This document shows, one piece after another, positions 60,179-64,000 of a stretch of DNA of 64,000 bases. The notes beneath the pieces are model-generated. The model searched no databases, was not told where the DNA came from, and worked only from the letters and a program-made list of their open reading frames with translations. This stretch comes from an uncultured Planctomycetota bacterium (GTDB lineage Bacteria > Planctomycetota > Planctomycetia > Isosphaerales > Isosphaeraceae). How positions within the stretch are numbered: position 1 is the first letter of the stretch; each line of letters begins with the position of its first letter. A program made the position numbers and the translations under genes. The stretch spans positions 1,632,001-1,696,000 of the forward strand of contig CAVTTN010000002.1 of assembly GCA_963737655.1 (NCBI GenBank). Reading direction: 5' to 3'.

Positions 60179-62632
60179 CTTCGGCCTCTTTCCGGCTCGC
60201 CCTCATGTCGGCGGCCCTCAGGAGCGCTTCGAGGTAGGCCAGGCGGAACGGGCCGAGCTCGTTTCGGAGGTTCAACGCCCGGGCCGTCCAGCTCGACTTG
60301 CCCCCGAGTCTCATCGGTGAGAGGTCGATGAGCATCTCGGGGCTCCTGGTCGTCCCATCCAGATGGACTTCGGGCAAGGGGTCGTCGTGGCGGACCCCGA
60401 GCGCGAAGAGGGCATTCGTCGAATCGGTCCTCGGGGGCGACTCGTCGGGCAGGGACCGGATCGAGAGGCGGACCTTGCCATGATGGGCGGCGATCAGGTA
60501 GGCGATCTCGAACGGGAGCCCCGCCTGGAGGGCCGCCATCGCGGAGGCGAGCTCGTGACGGAAGTAGCGCCGGCGATCGTCGCCAACCGCGTAGCGAAGC
60601 CGCGACTTCAGGCCCGACTTCGCCCAGGGCCCGTCGCCGTCCGGCTCGCGACCGGAAGTCCGAATGGCCTCGCGGACCGCCTGCTGGAACGCCGGGTGGG
60701 CCTTGCCGACGTCGTGCCAGACCGCCGCGATCTTCAGGGGGTCAATCCAGCGCGGGCAGTCCTCGTCGCCGAGGTCCGCGAGGCCGGCTAGAATTTGTTC
60801 CAATTGGTCGGAAACGTTCCGCGTGTGCTGGGCGATCGTCAGGATCGGGCCGGCCCGCAAGGAGAGGGGGTCGGACTCGGTGCCTTCCTCGGGCCTAGCG
60901 GTCTCGGGGTCGGCCGGGACCGGCGGCACCGGGCCCTTCGAGGCGAGGTCCCATCCCTGCTTTTCCTCCTCGCCCCAGGAATACCCTCCGGCCGAGGCGG
61001 GCAGGAGGATCATCATACCGGGACGGAGGTCCTGGGGACCGAGCTTCCTCCATTCATCCGAGAGTTGGTCCCACACATGTCCCGAATGTCCCGCCTCGGA
61101 GATCCGTTCGAGGAGCTTGACCGCATCCCCGACCGGCGCGGGGCACAGCTCGGCCCTCCGGGCGCAAGCTCGGCCTTCGGGCCGACCTTGCGGTCGAACC
61201 CCCGCCAGAAGACCTGGACGTCGGTCTCGGGGTCGTCCCCTCGGATGAACCGGCCGACGTCGATGTCGCCGCCCGAGAGGTCGGGCGTGGTGTCGAAGAG
61301 GTCGAGCACGTCTCGGCGGCGGATCACCTGCCCCTCGGGGCGGCCGAACTTAATCCCCCGCTCTCGGCCGAACTTCCGGAGGGCGAGCGGCGAGACGTCC
61401 TCGCCTTGAAGCTCCCGAAGGTGGGGGCGGGCCGCCTCCAGCGACTCGGGGGCGTAGGGGGCGGCGGCCTTCTCCGTCGGCAGATCGAGCCAGAAGACTT
61501 CTCCGGGCTCCGTCAACTCGCCATGCCGATGGCAGCGGCCGAGCCTCTGCACGAAGCTCGACCAGGGGCAGAGCTCGGTCACGAGGACGCGGGCCGAGAG
61601 GTCCACGCCCGCCTCGATCACCTGCGTCGAGACGATGATCCGCCCGGCCTTCGGGATCGTCTTGTCGTTGACCTTCTTCAGGATCACCTCCCGCTCCGCC
61701 GGCCGGAACCGGCTGTGGAGGAGGATCAGTTCGTCTCCTCCCTTGACCTTGTTCAGGGCCTCGTAGACCGCCCTGGCGCGGCCCACCGTGTTCAGGACGA
61801 CGAGAGTGAGTGCTCCTGGCCGCGCGGCCTTCGTCACAAACTCGGCGACGGCCTTGCCGTACCCCTTGTCCGTCGCAGGAGCGGCGATTTTCGCCTCCTT
61901 CAAGACCTTCGCGGCCTTCATCCTCTGGCCGATCTTCCCCTCGGACAACTCGTCCTCCGTCAGTCCGAGGGCGGTCAGGGATCTGGCCCGTTCCCGATGA
62001 TCGACCGTGGAGAGCCAGTCGCGGTCCAGGGTCGCCGACATCCAGATCGACCGGGATGGGCCGAACGTCCCGAGCCCGGGCCGCAATCCGGCCAGTTGCG
62101 CCGAGGTCGCGACGCCGGGGCCCATGAGCTGGACCTCGTCGAAGACCCAGAGGCAATCGTTGTTCAGGAGGGCATACGGCAGGGGCCAGCGGAACCGGCT
62201 CATCCCGTAGCCGCGGTTCATGGCGCGAGACAACAGCATGTCCTGGGTGCCGACCAGGACCGCCTCGCGCTCGGGGTGGATGTCCCAATCGGCGGCGTCC
62301 TCGCCCCCCATCAGGACGTGGACCTCGACATCCTGGGATTTCGGGTCCGCCGCCGAGAGGTTCTCCAGCCACTCCTGGATTTCGTCCCGGGTCTGCTCGA
62401 CCAGGACGCGCATCGGCAGGCAATACGCCAGGCGACGGGACACGGCCTCGGGGCCGACCGGGCCGAAGTGCCTCCTCCACAGCCAGGCGAGGACGACCGC
62501 CGCCGTCTTCCCCGCCCCGGTCGGGGCGTCGATCAGGTCGGGGAGGTCACCTTCCGTGGCCACGCGGACCTGGTATGGGAAGGGTTCGTCCCGCGACCCC
62601 ATCGCCGTCTTGAAGAACTCCGAATATTCCAT
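60171..62632 (-). CDS. cas3: Cas3 helicase with C-terminal HD nuclease (type I-G order), frameshift near 61160
   Basis: APTGAGKT, VGTQDMLLSRA, FDEVQLM, MSATL, LLHSRFR, STQVIEAGVD, QRLGRC; WHDVGKAH, RHELAS, AHHGKVR, LRAAD. Confidence 0.94.
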
Positions 62633-62636
62633 GATC

Positions 62637-62900
62637 TCAGCTCACGATCACGACATCCCGGGCGTCATGGGGCTCGATCGGACGGCCGAGGGACCCGGCC
62701 AGGCCGGCGCATCGCTTGCATAGGGGGATGAACAGGACCTGGTCTCGGTCCCGGTCGATCGTCTCGTCGAGGCGACTTCGGAGTCTTACCAGGTCGGTCG
62801 CGACTAGTCGACAAAAAAACACTGAATATTGTTTCCGTAGCCCGAAGTCCTGGCAGAGCCGGGCGACCTTGCGGAGCCGCTTCGGGTCGGCGATGTCGGC
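62637..62900 (-). pseudogene. cas2: Cas2 lacking its start codon and first residues
   Basis: ADIADPKRLRKVARLCQDFGLRKQYSVFFCRL...DQVLFIPL. Confidence 0.88.
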
Positions 62901-63450
62901 GGACGGTGGAGCCGGGGTAGCTCGGGACGTCGCACCGGACGAAGGCCGCGAGCATCCTGGCCTGGACCTCCAGCATCCTCCCGTAGCTCATCGTGTAGCC
63001 GTAGAGCGGGTGGGTCACGACCGTCGCCTTGCGGGCCTCGTAGGCCCCGAAGAACGCCTTGCGGCCCTCGGCCGTGAGCCCGCACGACTCCCTCCAGACG
63101 AGGAAGTCCCCCTCGGCCACGGTCCCGTTGTTGACCAGGGTGATCACCACCGAGTCGGCGATGATGCTGCGGAACTCTTCCATGAAGTCCAGCGCCGGCG
63201 ACGGACGGCCGTGGCGCCCGGCGTGATAGAACCCCTGGTACGGGTCGAAGCCGACCGTGCAGGCCGCCGAGAAGCAGTCCTTCGCGAGGATGGCATACGC
63301 AAAAGATAAAAGGGCGTTCACGGGATTTTTGGGGGGCCTTCGGTTCCCGGTGCGGAAGTCGAACGGTCGGCCCGGTTTCTGGTTCTTGAGCATCCGGCCG
63401 AACTCGCCGAAGTAGAGGGACGCGGCCTGCCCCTCCAGGCCGAGGAGGCC
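62899..63450 (-). pseudogene. cas1: Cas1 C-terminal half only, stop codon lost
   Basis: LLGLEGQAASLYF, RRPPKNPVNALLSFAY, GFDPYQGFYH, PALDFMEEFRSIIADSVV; upstream sequence not Cas1-like. Confidence 0.9.
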
Positions 63451-64000
63451 CCCGCCGCGGCGCTCGGCGGCGTCGCCCGGGGCCCCGGGGGTCCGGCCCC
63501 GCGCCCGACCGCCCGCTCGGCCCGGCGGTCTTCGCCCTGGCGATGCGGCGGCTGGCCTGGTCCGGCCCTCGCGAGCTGGGGGCCGAGGTCGTCCTGGGCG
63601 ACTCCGACGAGGACGCCCTGGTCGAGGCCGTCGCCCGGTTGCTCTGGGACCGTCGATCGGCCGGTCGACCGGGGAGGGCTTCCGCATGAACGCCCGACCC
63701 GCCGCCGGGGCCGCGGCCTGTTCTACACGAGGGACTCGCAGGGCCGCTCCGACATGGCCCCGCCGCAGTACGTCGCCTGGGCCCGGGCCGAGGCCGCCCG
63801 GCGACGGCTCGCCGGAGGACCTGACGGACATGAGGGCTCGGCGGGCCTCGGCCCGGGGGAGCCTGTACCTCGACTACGGCATCCCCGGCAATCAGCGGAG
63901 CCCTCCGCGCCCGGCCCCTCTCCGACCCAGGCGTCTCGCACCTGTTCGTGCCCCGTCGCGACCGGATCGCCCGGCCCGACGACCCGCTCGACGCCCTGAC

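Noticed and set aside
7610..62632. Frameshifts in the ECF sigma, APC paralog 2, DegT aminotransferase, small sigma, csb2, csx17 and cas3 as pseudogenes or programmed frameshifts
   Set aside because: Isolated single-base indels, several in G/C runs, spread over unrelated and otherwise intact genes; most simply sequencing or assembly errors
43696..62632. CRISPR-associated transposon (CAST)
   Set aside because: No TnsA/B/C or TniQ; the transposases present are IS110 and an IS3 remnant
63451..64000. Cas4 or Cas1 N-terminus upstream of the cas1 fragment
   Set aside because: No Cas4 cysteine/RecB motifs or Cas1 N-terminal motifs recognisable in any frame
1..64000. tRNA or rRNA genes
   Set aside because: None recognised by eye; not scanned computationally

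Overview
GC-rich bacterial DNA whose gene content (long-tailed ECF sigma factor, PEP-CTERM protein, sulfatase, Uma2 proteins, stand-alone CsrA-like gene) suggests a Planctomycete (inference). About 1-30 kb and 34.5-39.7 kb are mostly housekeeping or accessory genes (trpS, mutY, kdsA, isocitrate/isopropylmalate dehydrogenase, DegT aminotransferase, and two APC+USP transporters behind a c-di-AMP riboswitch), with several REP-like palindrome families in between. 30.5-34.4 kb is an orphan Rhs-HINT toxin/immunity island bounded by a 160-bp direct repeat. 40.9-50.1 kb is an integron-type cassette array with 9 attC sites and no integrase in the window. Six of the attC sites carry an insertion at the same base of the inverse core: one complete IS110 element, one internally deleted copy, and four near-identical 380-bp transposase-free elements made mostly of the IS110 non-coding (candidate bridge/seek RNA) end. 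These elements contain a motif matching the occupied targets, supply an in-frame stop codon to the interrupted cassette genes, and the IS non-coding end carries a hairpin resembling the repeat of the neighbouring CRISPR array. 51.6-63.5 kb is a type I-G (I-U) CRISPR-Cas locus with 44 repeats and a damaged cas1/cas2 module. Many single frameshifts are probably sequencing or assembly indels. All calls were made by eye; no database searches were run.
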